Assembly: GCA_045592785.1 (NCBI GenBank)
Contig: JAZNVL010000038.1
Span: 9,836-73,835 of the forward strand
Source: Victivallales bacterium
GTDB lineage: Bacteria > Verrucomicrobiota > Lentisphaeria > Victivallales > UBA1829
Reading direction: 5' to 3'
DNA length: 64,000 nt
The notes beneath the pieces were generated by a model. It did no database searches and was not told the DNA's origin. It saw only the letters and a program-made list of their open reading frames with translations. Position numbers and translations under genes: made by a program. Position 1 is the first letter of the stretch. Each line of letters starts with the position of its first letter. Shown here one piece after another: positions 38,278 to 47,811 of the stretch.

Positions 38278-39642
38278 ATGGCTTTTTTGGATGCGAATTA
38301 TCTGCTCTGCAGTGATACTGCGCGGGATATTTGTAAAGAGATCATCAACCTTCCGATCCTGGATGCCCATAACCATGCGGACGTTCGCCGGATCGCGGAA
38401 AACACCCCTTTCCGGAATCCCTGGGAACTGTTTGCCGCCACCGACCATTACGTCTGGGAGATCGAACGGAAATGCGGCGTTCCGGAAGAATATATCACGG
38501 GCGATGTTTCCGATCAGGAAAAATGGCGTGCGCTTTGTAAAGTCTTCCCCATGATGGCGGGCAACCCGGTATTCGAATGGGTCCACCTTGACCTCCGTTT
38601 CCTGGGTGTCAATATGCTTTTGTGCGAAGAATCCGCCGATGAGACCTGGGAACAGCTTTGCGCGATCCTGGCGAAAGAAGAATGTCTCCCCCAGAACCTG
38701 GTCCGCCGGATGAATATTGAAAGTATGTGTTCCACCGACGATCCGAAGGATGATCTGCAATATCATGTCATGGCGGAAAAAGCCTTTGGCAAACGTCTGA
38801 TCCGCCCCACCTGGCGTCCGGATAAAGCCATGAACATCTTCAAACCGGACTTCAATGCGTACATCGACAGTCTGGGAGCCAGTGCAGGCAGAGAGATCAA
38901 CGATCTGGAAACACTTGTGGCGGTTCTGCAGGAATCTCATGACCGTTTTGCAAAAGCCGGTGCGGTCGCCAGTGACCACGGGATCGAAAAGCCTTACGAC
39001 GGTTGCGCAACTGCCGAAGATGCCGATGCGATCTTCCGGAAAGTCCGCAGCGGTATTGCGCCCACCGCAGAAGAAGCCGATACCTATGCCTCTTACATCC
39101 TGGCGGAAGCAGCCCGGATGGATGCGGAAAAAGGCTGGGTGTTCCAGCTCCATATCGGGGCAGTGCGTGACGTCCGTGATTTTCTGTTCGACAATCTGGG
39201 ACCCGACTCCGGCGGTGATGTTTCCGATCACACCATTGACATTGTGAAACCGTTGGCGAAATTCCTCTGCAAGTTCGATGATAAACTCAAATGTGTGCTG
39301 TATTGTCTGGAACCGGGACATCAGGCTTCCCTCGCCACGCTTTCCCGTGCCTTCGGAGCAAAAGTCCGTCTGGGCTCCGCCTGGTGGTTGAATGATACGC
39401 CCATCGGCATGCTGCGTCAGCTGGAATACATCGGCAGCGTGGATGTGCTGTCCTGTTTCGCCGGGATGGTTTCCGACAGCCGTAAACTTTTGAGTTACAG
39501 TTCCCGTTTCACCATGTTCCGCAGAGTCCTGAGCAATGTTCTGGGGGATATGGTGGATCGTGGTCAGATGCCCTACGAACATGCCGTTGCCGTTGCGAAA
39601 CGCATGGCATATCAGGGGCCGAAGGAATTTTTCGGATTTTGA
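38278..39642 (+). CDS. uxaC: glucuronate isomerase
   Basis: FLDANYLLCSDTARDICKEIINLPILDAHNH N-terminus and a UxaC-like length. ATG 38278 was preferred over the TTG at 38272; a CTGGAG RBS sits 6 nt upstream. Confidence 0.88.
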   Translation: MAFLDANYLLCSDTARDICKEIINLPILDAHNHADVRRIAENTPFRNPWELFAATDHYVWEIERKCGVPEEYITGDVSDQEKWRALCKVFPMMAGNPVFEWVHLDLRFLGVNMLLCEESADETWEQLCAILAKEECLPQNLVRRMNIESMCSTDDPKDDLQYHVMAEKAFGKRLIRPTWRPDKAMNIFKPDFNAYIDSLGASAGREINDLETLVAVLQESHDRFAKAGAVASDHGIEKPYDGCATAEDADAIFRKVRSGIAPTAEEADTYASYILAEAARMDAEKGWVFQLHIGAVRDVRDFLFDNLGPDSGGDVSDHTIDIVKPLAKFLCKFDDKLKCVLYCLEPGHQASLATLSRAFGAKVRLGSAWWLNDTPIGMLRQLEYIGSVDVLSCFAGMVSDSRKLLSYSSRFTMFRRVLSNVLGDMVDRGQMPYEHAVAVAKRMAYQGPKEFFGF

Positions 39643-39695
39643 TCAACAGCGGTAATTTCCGCAAACAACAAACTTAATACAGGAGAGCATTCAAC

Positions 39696-40505
39696 ATGGA
39701 TGTAATCGTCATGCCCACAGCGGCGGCAGCCGCAAAACTCACCGCCCAGATCCTGGCGGATGCCATCAATGCCAAGCCGGCGTTCAAACTTGGACTTGCC
39801 ACCGGCCGTACCATGGAACCCGTCTATGCCAATCTGGCAAAACTCAACAAAGCCGGGAAAGTGGACTTCTCCCTGGTGAAGACCTTCAACCTGGACGAAT
39901 ATGTCTGGCCGAAGAAGGCGAAAAAGTATGAAGAGAACAAGGATTCATACCGCTACTACATGAACTACCACCTGTTCAACAAGATCAACATCGACATGCG
40001 CAATACCAACGTTCCCGATGGTTTCTGCGATGATGTGGATGCTGCTGCCATCGAATACGACAACGCCATCGCGGAATGCGGCGGCCTGGATATCCAGCTC
40101 CTCGGGATCGGTCGCTCCGGTCACATCGGTTTCAATGAACCGCTGTCCTCCTTCTCCTCCCGTACCCGTGCTGTGACTCTGACACAGGTCACTTACGGTC
40201 AGAACTCTCCGCTGTTCGACGATCCCGCAGACATGCCCATGCAGGCTGTCACCATGGGTGTCGGCACCATTCTGGAATCCAAACGTCTGGTCTTCCTTGC
40301 CACCATGAAGGAAAAAGCGGACATCGTTGCGAAAGCCATCGAAGGTCCCATCACCAGCATGATCTCCGCCACCGCCATGCAGCTCCATGAAGATGTGGTC
40401 TGCATCCTCGACAAGGATGCCGCATCCAAACTGCAGGGCCTGGAAGAATACGAATGGAGCTTCCGTCACAACCCGCGTTGGGCTGCTTATCAGAAGATCA
40501 AATAA
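39696..40505 (+). CDS. nagB: glucosamine-6-phosphate deaminase
   Basis: KLGLATGRTMEPVYANL, FNLDEY and LLGIGRSGHIGFNEP motifs, with an AGGAGA RBS. Confidence 0.9.
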   Translation: MDVIVMPTAAAAAKLTAQILADAINAKPAFKLGLATGRTMEPVYANLAKLNKAGKVDFSLVKTFNLDEYVWPKKAKKYEENKDSYRYYMNYHLFNKINIDMRNTNVPDGFCDDVDAAAIEYDNAIAECGGLDIQLLGIGRSGHIGFNEPLSSFSSRTRAVTLTQVTYGQNSPLFDDPADMPMQAVTMGVGTILESKRLVFLATMKEKADIVAKAIEGPITSMISATAMQLHEDVVCILDKDAASKLQGLEEYEWSFRHNPRWAAYQKIK

Positions 40506-40532
40506 GTTTTTCTGAACAAGTGTGATAAAAAA

Positions 40533-40571
40533 ACTCCGGCTGGTTTTGCCATGCCGGAGTTTTTTTCTTTT
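40533..40571. terminator. bidirectional rho-independent terminator shared by convergent nagB and the AraC-family gene
   Basis: An 8-bp stem (ACTCCGGC / GCCGGAGT), flanked by an A7 run upstream and T6CT5 downstream. Confidence 0.8.
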
Positions 40572-41498
40572 TCAATACAAGCCGGCGCAGGGGTCTTCCG
40601 GGCGTTCCGGCTTGAGGACCGGAACGGGATGATAAGGATCCGGTTCCGCCCCCTGTAAAACAGCTTTCCCGGAGGAACGGAAACTGGCAATCAGTTCTGC
40701 GGGACGTTTGCGGTATTCTGCCGGGCTGACAGAATAGAACTGCCGGAATACCCGGGCGAAACTGCTGGCGGAGACATAACCGAGACGTTCCGCGATTTCC
40801 TTGCAGTTGAGTTTGTTGTCATGGAGCAGTCTGCTGGCGGCACGCATACGACATTCCAGCGCGAATTGACCGGGAGACTGTCCGGTCTGGGAATGAAATA
40901 CCCGGGTGAGGTGTTCCCGGGAAAGATGAAGCTGTTCTGCGATCTTTGCAATATCCAGGGTGCGGTCCAGATTGGAAAGGATCATTTTCTGCACATCTTT
41001 GACCAGATTGGCTTGCAGGGAGTCGGCGAGATGCTGTTCCAGACTTTCCCCCAGTGCGGCAATGGCATCATACACGATCTTGGCACCGGCACTGGGGCTG
41101 ACGATCTGGATCGTATCGCGCATGGAATAGAAACTTTCCAGATGCGTGACAAACCCGCGGTCCAGCGGCAGATCAAAGGTGTATCCGTAACGCTCATTGA
41201 GTTCGTTCATCAATGTCACGCCCGGCGCACCGCTGAAAGAAAACCAGATAAATTCCCACGGTTCATTACCTTCCTGCGGATAGCCGTATGAGATGTCCGG
41301 TGTCCCGAGAACGTGCATGAACGCTTTTCCCTGTGTCAGGCGCGTTGTTTGATTGCCTTTACGGAAGAAACCTTCGCCTTTGACGGTACATACGATCTGC
41401 GCATAGAAACCCGGTTTCCGCCGGGACTCCCGGATAAAATAGGCGGGACTGCTTTGACGTTCCAGCACAACTTCCCATGGGGTAGGGAGGCTGTTCAT
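40572..41498 (-). CDS. AraC family transcriptional regulator
   Basis: C-terminal dual HTH (LSREHLTRVFHSQTGQSPGQF...IAERLGYVSASSFARVFRQFYSVSPAEYRK). The start is uncertain: ATG 41498 was chosen, with ATG 41537 as the alternative. Confidence 0.8.
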   Translation of the reverse strand: MNSLPTPWEVVLERQSSPAYFIRESRRKPGFYAQIVCTVKGEGFFRKGNQTTRLTQGKAFMHVLGTPDISYGYPQEGNEPWEFIWFSFSGAPGVTLMNELNERYGYTFDLPLDRGFVTHLESFYSMRDTIQIVSPSAGAKIVYDAIAALGESLEQHLADSLQANLVKDVQKMILSNLDRTLDIAKIAEQLHLSREHLTRVFHSQTGQSPGQFALECRMRAASRLLHDNKLNCKEIAERLGYVSASSFARVFRQFYSVSPAEYRKRPAELIASFRSSGKAVLQGAEPDPYHPVPVLKPERPEDPCAGLY

Positions 41499-41686
41499 TG
41501 CTTTCACCACCTGAAAAGAGCTTTGCCACAATCTCATAAGTCGTTTCTTTCTCACAAAGTGTATCACGATATCACATTTTGCATAGTATAGCACACTTGA
41601 AAAAAAATTGCAAACGGGTAAATTAAGAAAAGCGGAAAAATTTTCCGGAAAACAGAAGTGTAAATGAAATTCGGATACCCAGTTTT

Positions 41687-42946
41687 ATGAGAAAAGTAAC
41701 AGCGATCATTATCGGCGGCGGCGGACGCGGCACCATCTACGCAAAACATATTCTTGAACTGCGGGAAAGAGGAATGGATGTCAATGTAGTCGCCATCGCG
41801 GAACCGCGCCCGTATTTCCGTGACCGCATTGGTGACCTGTATCACATTCCGGAGGACCGCCGTTTTGAAGACTGGCATCAGCTGTTGTCTCTCGGGCGGA
41901 TCGCCGATGCCGCCATCATCACCACGCAGGACCGGATGCACCTGGAACCCTGTCTGGCTCTGGCTGAACTCAAATATCACATTCTGATCGAAAAACCCCT
42001 TGCACCCGATCCCGAAGGCTGTCATCAGATCGCAGAATCTGCCAACCGGAACGGCGTGCTACTTTCCGTCTGTCATGTGCTGCGCTATTCCAATTATACC
42101 CGTACTCTCAAGCGTTTGATCGATGACGGGGCAGTGGGACAGGTTTTGAGCGTACAACATCTGGAACCGGTGGGACACTGGCGTTTTGCTCATTCCTATG
42201 TCCGGGGCAACTGGCGCAAGGAATCGGAGTCCTCTTCTGTCCTGCTGGCAAAATCCATCCACGATTTGGACTGGATCAGTTTTATCGTCAATTCCGAATG
42301 CGAAAGCGTTTGTTCCTACGGGTCCCTCACGTTCTTCCGTCCGGAGAACCGGCCCGAGGGCGCAGCAGACCGCTGTCTGGAGTGTCCGATCGAAAAAGAA
42401 TGTGCGTATTCCGCGCCCCGTTTTTATGTGAACCGTGTGAAACAGAACATCCGCGGCGCGTATGTGGAATCGGTGGTGGCGAATCCCACCCCGGAACGGA
42501 TCCGGGAAGCATTGAAGACCAGTCCCTACGGACGTTGTGTGTTCGCCTGTGATAATGACGTGGTGGATCATCAGGTGGTCAATATGGAGTTCAAAAACGG
42601 CGCGACTGCTGTCTTTACGTTGGCGGGCTGTTCCCGTTACGGTAACCGCCGGACCACGGTCTTCGGTTCTCTGGGGGAACTCTTCGGTGATGGCGACAGG
42701 TTGAATTATTACAATTACCGGACCGGAGCCACGACCAGTGTGGAGATCCCGCCCCATATTCCCACGGATGCCCACGGCGGCGGCGATTACAACCTGCTGG
42801 AAAGTTTCTTCCAGGCGGTGCAGTCCGGTGATCCCTCTTACATCGTGACCGGTGCCGATGTTTCCCTGAAGACACACATGCTTGTTTTTGCGGCGGAAAT
42901 CTCCCGTCTGGAAAAACGCATCGTGAAGATCGACGACATCCTTTGA
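41687..42946 (+). CDS. Gfo/Idh/MocA family oxidoreductase
   Basis: N-terminal Rossmann motif (VTAIIIGGGGRGTIYAKH) and an EKPLA motif. Confidence 0.85.
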   Translation: MRKVTAIIIGGGGRGTIYAKHILELRERGMDVNVVAIAEPRPYFRDRIGDLYHIPEDRRFEDWHQLLSLGRIADAAIITTQDRMHLEPCLALAELKYHILIEKPLAPDPEGCHQIAESANRNGVLLSVCHVLRYSNYTRTLKRLIDDGAVGQVLSVQHLEPVGHWRFAHSYVRGNWRKESESSSVLLAKSIHDLDWISFIVNSECESVCSYGSLTFFRPENRPEGAADRCLECPIEKECAYSAPRFYVNRVKQNIRGAYVESVVANPTPERIREALKTSPYGRCVFACDNDVVDHQVVNMEFKNGATAVFTLAGCSRYGNRRTTVFGSLGELFGDGDRLNYYNYRTGATTSVEIPPHIPTDAHGGGDYNLLESFFQAVQSGDPSYIVTGADVSLKTHMLVFAAEISRLEKRIVKIDDIL

Positions 42947-42947
42947 A

Positions 42948-44222
42948 TCAGGGCATCGCGCCCCGTTTGATCATATCCATTGCACGGACATCCCCGTTTT
43001 CTGCCGCTTTGCGCAACAGCAGCATGGCTGCATTGCGGTCCGGTTCACATCCGTTCCCATGATACAGGCAGACGGCGAGAGCACGCATGGAGGGCGCATC
43101 GTTGTTTTTCATTCCCTGCTGGAACCAGTAGACGGCGGCGGTGGGATCGTATCCCATCGGACCGTCTTTTTCCAGGAAGAACATCCCGACACGGTACTGT
43201 GCCCGGGGATATCCCAGACGCGCCGATTCATAGTAAAATTCCGCCGCTTTTTTCCGGTCTTCCGGTTCAACGAGTTCTCCCAGACGGAACCAGGCTTTCG
43301 GATGTTTTGCCGAGGCGGCGAGACGGTAATATTCTGCGGCATTTTCTTTTTTGATATCCGGGATCTTTCCTTCGGAGACGGCATCGCCCACTTTCACCAG
43401 AGCTTCCGGGATCCCGGCTTTTGCGGCGGCACGGTATAAGGTCAATGCGCGTTCCGGATCCTGTTTTTCCACATAGATCCCCATTTCCAGCCAATACGCC
43501 AGTTTCAGGGCTGCGGTGGTATCTCCGGCGGCGACACCGTTTTCCAAAGACTGTATCATCTTTTTTTCGTCGGGAAGGGTACCGGTCCCGTTGAAATAGC
43601 AGTCCGCCAGAAGAACATGGGTTTCCGGCGGAGCATGAGGACTTTTTGCGGCATCTGTCAAGAGTTGGAATATCCGTTTTCCCTTGTCGCCGGACGTCTC
43701 TTTTTTCTGCAGAAGGTGTTCCGCCCATTCCGTCATGGCGGGGGGGTATTTTTTCTCTGCCAGTTCCCGGATGAGGGACCATGCTTTCTCCGGATCGGGC
43801 GTGAAAGTGTAACCCTCCGGCTTCTTTTTGCGGTCTTTTTCATCTTTGCACGTTACGCCGTCACGGAGGATGAGCGCGTGATTGAAAACGGCATGAGGGA
43901 TCGTCTTTTTTTCAGCGGCTTTGGCATAATACTCAGCCGCTTTGAATGGATCGCGTTCCACCCCCAGCCCCTGATCCAGACAGAGGGCGTAATTGAACAT
44001 GGCTTCTGTTACGCCTTTGTTTGCCGCCATACGGAACCAGTGGGCGGCGAGGGTGTGATTCTGCTTGCGTGTCCCGGTGCCGTAAAAGTATTCGTCCGCC
44101 AGTTTGAACTGTGCGGCGGCATCGCCGGATTCTGCTTTTTGGCGCAAGACGTCCACCTTTTCCTCCGCTCCGGCATGGAGGAAGGAAAAGAGGCACAAAC
44201 AGAATGTGATAAATCTGATCAT
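42948..44222 (-). CDS. Sel1-repeat (TPR-like) secreted protein
   Basis: Signal peptide MIRFITFCLCLFSFLHAG, plus many Sel1-type repeats (AAQFKLADEYFYGTGTRKQNHTLAAHWFRMAANKG etc.). The ATG overlaps the pilT stop (TGATG). Confidence 0.85.
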   Translation of the reverse strand: MIRFITFCLCLFSFLHAGAEEKVDVLRQKAESGDAAAQFKLADEYFYGTGTRKQNHTLAAHWFRMAANKGVTEAMFNYALCLDQGLGVERDPFKAAEYYAKAAEKKTIPHAVFNHALILRDGVTCKDEKDRKKKPEGYTFTPDPEKAWSLIRELAEKKYPPAMTEWAEHLLQKKETSGDKGKRIFQLLTDAAKSPHAPPETHVLLADCYFNGTGTLPDEKKMIQSLENGVAAGDTTAALKLAYWLEMGIYVEKQDPERALTLYRAAAKAGIPEALVKVGDAVSEGKIPDIKKENAAEYYRLAASAKHPKAWFRLGELVEPEDRKKAAEFYYESARLGYPRAQYRVGMFFLEKDGPMGYDPTAAVYWFQQGMKNNDAPSMRALAVCLYHGNGCEPDRNAAMLLLRKAAENGDVRAMDMIKRGAMP

Positions 44223-45295
44223 CAGCGGAGCGGGGAATCGGCGGGAAGATATTCGAAGAACACCTTCTTGTCACTTGCCTTCATATACGCTTCTTCGGGG
44301 GTGATGATCTCATTTTCCATGAGTTCTTTCAAGCCGCCGTCCATACTGCGCATCCCCTGTCCTTTATTGGCTTCGATGATGGTACGGATGTTGGCGATGG
44401 CGCCTTCACGGATGGTGTTGGGCAGCCCTTCGTTCCAGAGCAGGATCTCATGACATGCCACACGTCCGCCGCTTGTTTTACGGCAGAGGAGCTGGGAGAC
44501 GACAGCCTGCAAACATTCCGCCAGCATGGTACGGATCTGTGCCTGCTCATTGGACGGGAAGGCGTCGATGATACGGTCCACGGTTTTCGGCGCGTTATTG
44601 GTGTGAAGGGTCCCGAAGACCAACATTCCCATGGCGGCGCAAGTCAACCCGAGACGGATGGTATCATTTTCACGCATTTCCCCGATGAGCACGATATCCG
44701 GGTCGGAGCGCATGGCACCGCGGAGAGCCGAGGGGAAGCTCCGGGCTTGCAGTCCGACTTCCCGGTGAACGATGGTACACCGTTTGTTTTTGTGCACGAA
44801 TTCCACCGGGTCTTCGATGGTGATGATGTGCTTATCCTGGGTGTCATTGATATAGTCGATCATAGCGGCGAGAGTGGTGGATTTCCCGGACCCGGTAGGC
44901 CCTGTCACCAGCACGAGTCCGCTCTTATACCGGCAGATATCCAGCAGGGTATCGGGCAGATGGAGCTGTTCCACGGTCAGGATCTTCCCGGGGATCTGAC
45001 GGAGGACGGCGCCCATGCCGTTGTAGTTGTAGAGGTAGTTGCAACGGAAACGTGCGAGACCGGGGATTTCGTGCGCGAAGTCCAGGTCGTGATTTTTCAT
45101 GAAGGTATCCCAGCGGTCTGCGGGCAGACAGATCTCTTTGAGCATTTCCTCCATGAATTCGGGGGTGAGGATGACATCGTCATGAGGGATGATGTTGCCG
45201 TGGACACGGTATTTGACGGGCATCCCGATACTGAGGTGCAAGTCGGATCCGCCTTTATCCAGCATAGCGCGCAAATAATCGTCGATAATAGCCAT
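44222..45295 (-). CDS. pilT: type IV pilus retraction ATPase, PilT family
   Basis: Walker A GPTGSGKSTT, IGEMRE, LVFGTLHTN, and an AGGAGA RBS. Confidence 0.9.
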   Translation of the reverse strand: MAIIDDYLRAMLDKGGSDLHLSIGMPVKYRVHGNIIPHDDVILTPEFMEEMLKEICLPADRWDTFMKNHDLDFAHEIPGLARFRCNYLYNYNGMGAVLRQIPGKILTVEQLHLPDTLLDICRYKSGLVLVTGPTGSGKSTTLAAMIDYINDTQDKHIITIEDPVEFVHKNKRCTIVHREVGLQARSFPSALRGAMRSDPDIVLIGEMRENDTIRLGLTCAAMGMLVFGTLHTNNAPKTVDRIIDAFPSNEQAQIRTMLAECLQAVVSQLLCRKTSGGRVACHEILLWNEGLPNTIREGAIANIRTIIEANKGQGMRSMDGGLKELMENEIITPEEAYMKASDKKVFFEYLPADSPLR

Positions 45296-45312
45296 ATTGT
45301 GATTCTCCTGAA

Positions 45313-46782
45313 TTATTTCCTACCGGCGGTCGCTACGCGCTTCGCCTGTTCCTGGTTCAACTGTTGAATAACGGATTGGTCGCGCATTCCCTCTCTTGCC
45401 GCTTCGTAAGTGATACGGTTCAGCTTGAAGAGTTCCAGCAGGTTCTGGTCGATGGTGCACATACCGGATTTACTGCCGATCTGCATGGAGGCGCGCAACT
45501 GGAAGATCTTGCCTTCCGAGATCACGTTGGAGACCGCCAGCGTGTTGATGAGAATCTCATAAGAGAGAGCCAGTCCGCCGGTCCCGTTGTGGATCAACTT
45601 CTGACAGATGATCCCGCGGAGACTGCCCGCGGTCATGGCACGGATCTGCGCCTGTTGACTGGGCGGGAATACGTCCAGCACGCGGTTCAGTGTATTCGCC
45701 GCGTCGCAGGTATGAAGGGTCCCGATCACCAAGTGCCCGGTTTCAGATGCCGTGATGGCGTTTTCAATGGTTTCCAGGTCGTGCATTTCCCCGATGACGA
45801 TGATGTCCGGGTCTTCACGGAGTGCCCCTTTGAGCGCGGTACGGTAACTGTTGGTGCTTGCGCCGATCTGACGTTGTGTGACCTGACAGTTTTTGGATTC
45901 CACCACGATTTCGATGGGGTCTTCCACCGTGATGATGTGGTCCTGCCGTTTCTGATTGGCGATCTCCACCATGGCGGCAAGGGTCGTGGTTTTCCCGCTG
46001 CCCAGCGGCCCGGTCACCAGGATCAAACCGTTGTGATAGTCCAGCAGACGTTCAATGGTCTTGGCATCGCCGGGGAGGAACCCGAGTTCTTCCAGCGTGA
46101 GGATCTTGTCGGGAACGATACGGAAGGATCCGGACACGCCTTCGCGCTGCATCATGACGGCGCAACGGAAACGGCTGGGGTGGATCTCGAACGCGAAATT
46201 CAGGTCCCAGTTTTCTTCGAATTTGGCTTTCTGTTCATCGGAAAGCAGACAGGTACAGAGTTTTTTCGCGTCGGCGGCGGGGATGCAGTAATCGGGGCGG
46301 ATCCGGTGATTGTCCAGACTTTTCCGGATGAACAGAGGGGCATTGGCAGAAATGTGCAGGTCACTGGCACCGAATTCCCGCAATGCCAGGAGCAGACGTT
46401 GCATATAATCCCGTGCTTCCTCATCGCTCATGGCGGAGACCTGACCCAGTTCCGCAGCATAGGCATCCAGTTCTTCCATGGAAATGGAGGATTCCCGCGG
46501 GACATATCCCCCGGAGGATTCCACGAATTCAGCCGCATTCGCAGGCGGCGTACCGCTCTGCGCCTGTGCGGCGGCATAGTTGATGACTTCCTGGATCTGT
46601 GTCATCCAGGACTGCGCATCTTCCGCAGAAAGACCGGCGCAGACCCGGTTGAGAAATTCCTGCGCAAAAGTCATAAGATCGGGTTCTCCCCCCAGGGATT
46701 GATTCAGCATTTTCGCATCGTCTGCGGAAATGAGTTCATTTGCCATGAGAGTGGCAACAAACCATTGTACATCCAACTGCAT
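45313..46782 (-). CDS. PilT/PilU-family secretion ATPase paralog with a ~130-aa N-terminal extension
   Basis: Walker A GPLGSGKTTT, VIGEMHD and GHLVIGTLHT. The first ~130 aa have no recognised family. Confidence 0.85.
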   Translation of the reverse strand: MQLDVQWFVATLMANELISADDAKMLNQSLGGEPDLMTFAQEFLNRVCAGLSAEDAQSWMTQIQEVINYAAAQAQSGTPPANAAEFVESSGGYVPRESSISMEELDAYAAELGQVSAMSDEEARDYMQRLLLALREFGASDLHISANAPLFIRKSLDNHRIRPDYCIPAADAKKLCTCLLSDEQKAKFEENWDLNFAFEIHPSRFRCAVMMQREGVSGSFRIVPDKILTLEELGFLPGDAKTIERLLDYHNGLILVTGPLGSGKTTTLAAMVEIANQKRQDHIITVEDPIEIVVESKNCQVTQRQIGASTNSYRTALKGALREDPDIIVIGEMHDLETIENAITASETGHLVIGTLHTCDAANTLNRVLDVFPPSQQAQIRAMTAGSLRGIICQKLIHNGTGGLALSYEILINTLAVSNVISEGKIFQLRASMQIGSKSGMCTIDQNLLELFKLNRITYEAAREGMRDQSVIQQLNQEQAKRVATAGRK

Positions 46783-46964
46783 AATTATTACCTCTGTTTG
46801 CGTTTTGCTGTGTTTTGTTTTTTGTATTACAGGTAGTATAGATTCACTTTTTGATTTTTACAAGCCCGGAACCGCTTTTTTTGTCATTTTTTTCACAAAA
46901 ATAATTTGTATTTTTGTTCCGGGTACAGTATAGTAAAACAACTTACTTAACACAAGGAGTAATT

Positions 46965-47714
46965 ATGAACGTCAAATGGATCTCTCACCGCGGCGAATCT
47001 GCCGATGCCCCCGAAAATACATGTCCCGCATTCCAGCTCTCTCTGGAACGGAAAACCGATGGCATGGAGTGCGATGTACGTCTCACCAAAGACCAGTATC
47101 TGGTGGTCGGACACGATGGCGATACCTCCCGGGGCGGAGACATGGTGAAAGTCATTGCGGAATCCACGCTGGAAGAATTGCAGCAGGTGAACCTGACCTA
47201 CGGGAAAGATGCGTACAAAAACATACACGTTCCTCTGTTTGCGGATACATTGCAGTATCTGGGCGAAGGAAGAGAATATTATGTGGAACTCAAAACGGAT
47301 GCGCCTGCCCAGTATGCGATCCTGCGTGATGCCATCGAGTCCGCCGGGATCCCCTGGAAACAGATCATATTCATCTCGTTCAGTTATACCGCCCTCAAAG
47401 AATGTAAGATCCGGATCCCGGAAGCAAAGACTCTTTTCCTCTGCAATCCGTTCCGCGATGATAACGGACCTGTGGATGATCCCGCCGGTAAATTGATCGC
47501 GAAACTGAAAGATCTCAATGCAGACGGTGTGGACAGTTACGCGGATGACGAACTTTTCACTGCCGATTTCGTGAAGCAGATGAAAGATGCCGGTTATTTC
47601 GTGGCGGTCTGGACCATCGACCAGGAAGAACGGGCGGCACGTTTCATTGAAATGGGCGTGGACTCCGTTACCAGCAACCGTGCGGCTGCGCTCCGTGATG
47701 CCCTGCAGAGATAA
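46965..47714 (+). CDS. glycerophosphodiester phosphodiesterase family protein
   Basis: ISHRGES...APENT and ECDVRLTKD motifs. The start was set at ATG 46965 after AAGGAG. Confidence 0.85.
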   Translation: MNVKWISHRGESADAPENTCPAFQLSLERKTDGMECDVRLTKDQYLVVGHDGDTSRGGDMVKVIAESTLEELQQVNLTYGKDAYKNIHVPLFADTLQYLGEGREYYVELKTDAPAQYAILRDAIESAGIPWKQIIFISFSYTALKECKIRIPEAKTLFLCNPFRDDNGPVDDPAGKLIAKLKDLNADGVDSYADDELFTADFVKQMKDAGYFVAVWTIDQEERAARFIEMGVDSVTSNRAAALRDALQR

Positions 47715-47750
47715 TTCCGCAGAAAAGCGGAGAATCTTTCGTTTGCAGGC

Positions 47751-47779
47751 TTGAAGAAATACGATTCCGGGAGTATATT
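47751..47779 (+). promoter_or_regulatory. sigma-70-type promoter candidate, TTGAAG-N17-TATATT(AC)
   Basis: Hexamers at 47751-47756 and 47774-47779, ~32 nt upstream of the kinase ATG. Confidence 0.4.
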
Positions 47780-47811
47780 ACCCTGTTTGAAACAAAAAAC
47801 AGGATAATGAA

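Noticed and set aside
47714-47740. A hairpin, TCCGC-AGAAAA-GCGGA, after the glycerophosphodiesterase gene, considered as a possible terminator.
   Set aside because: The stem is only 5 bp and is followed by an interrupted T-tract (TCTTTCGTTT). This is too weak to call.
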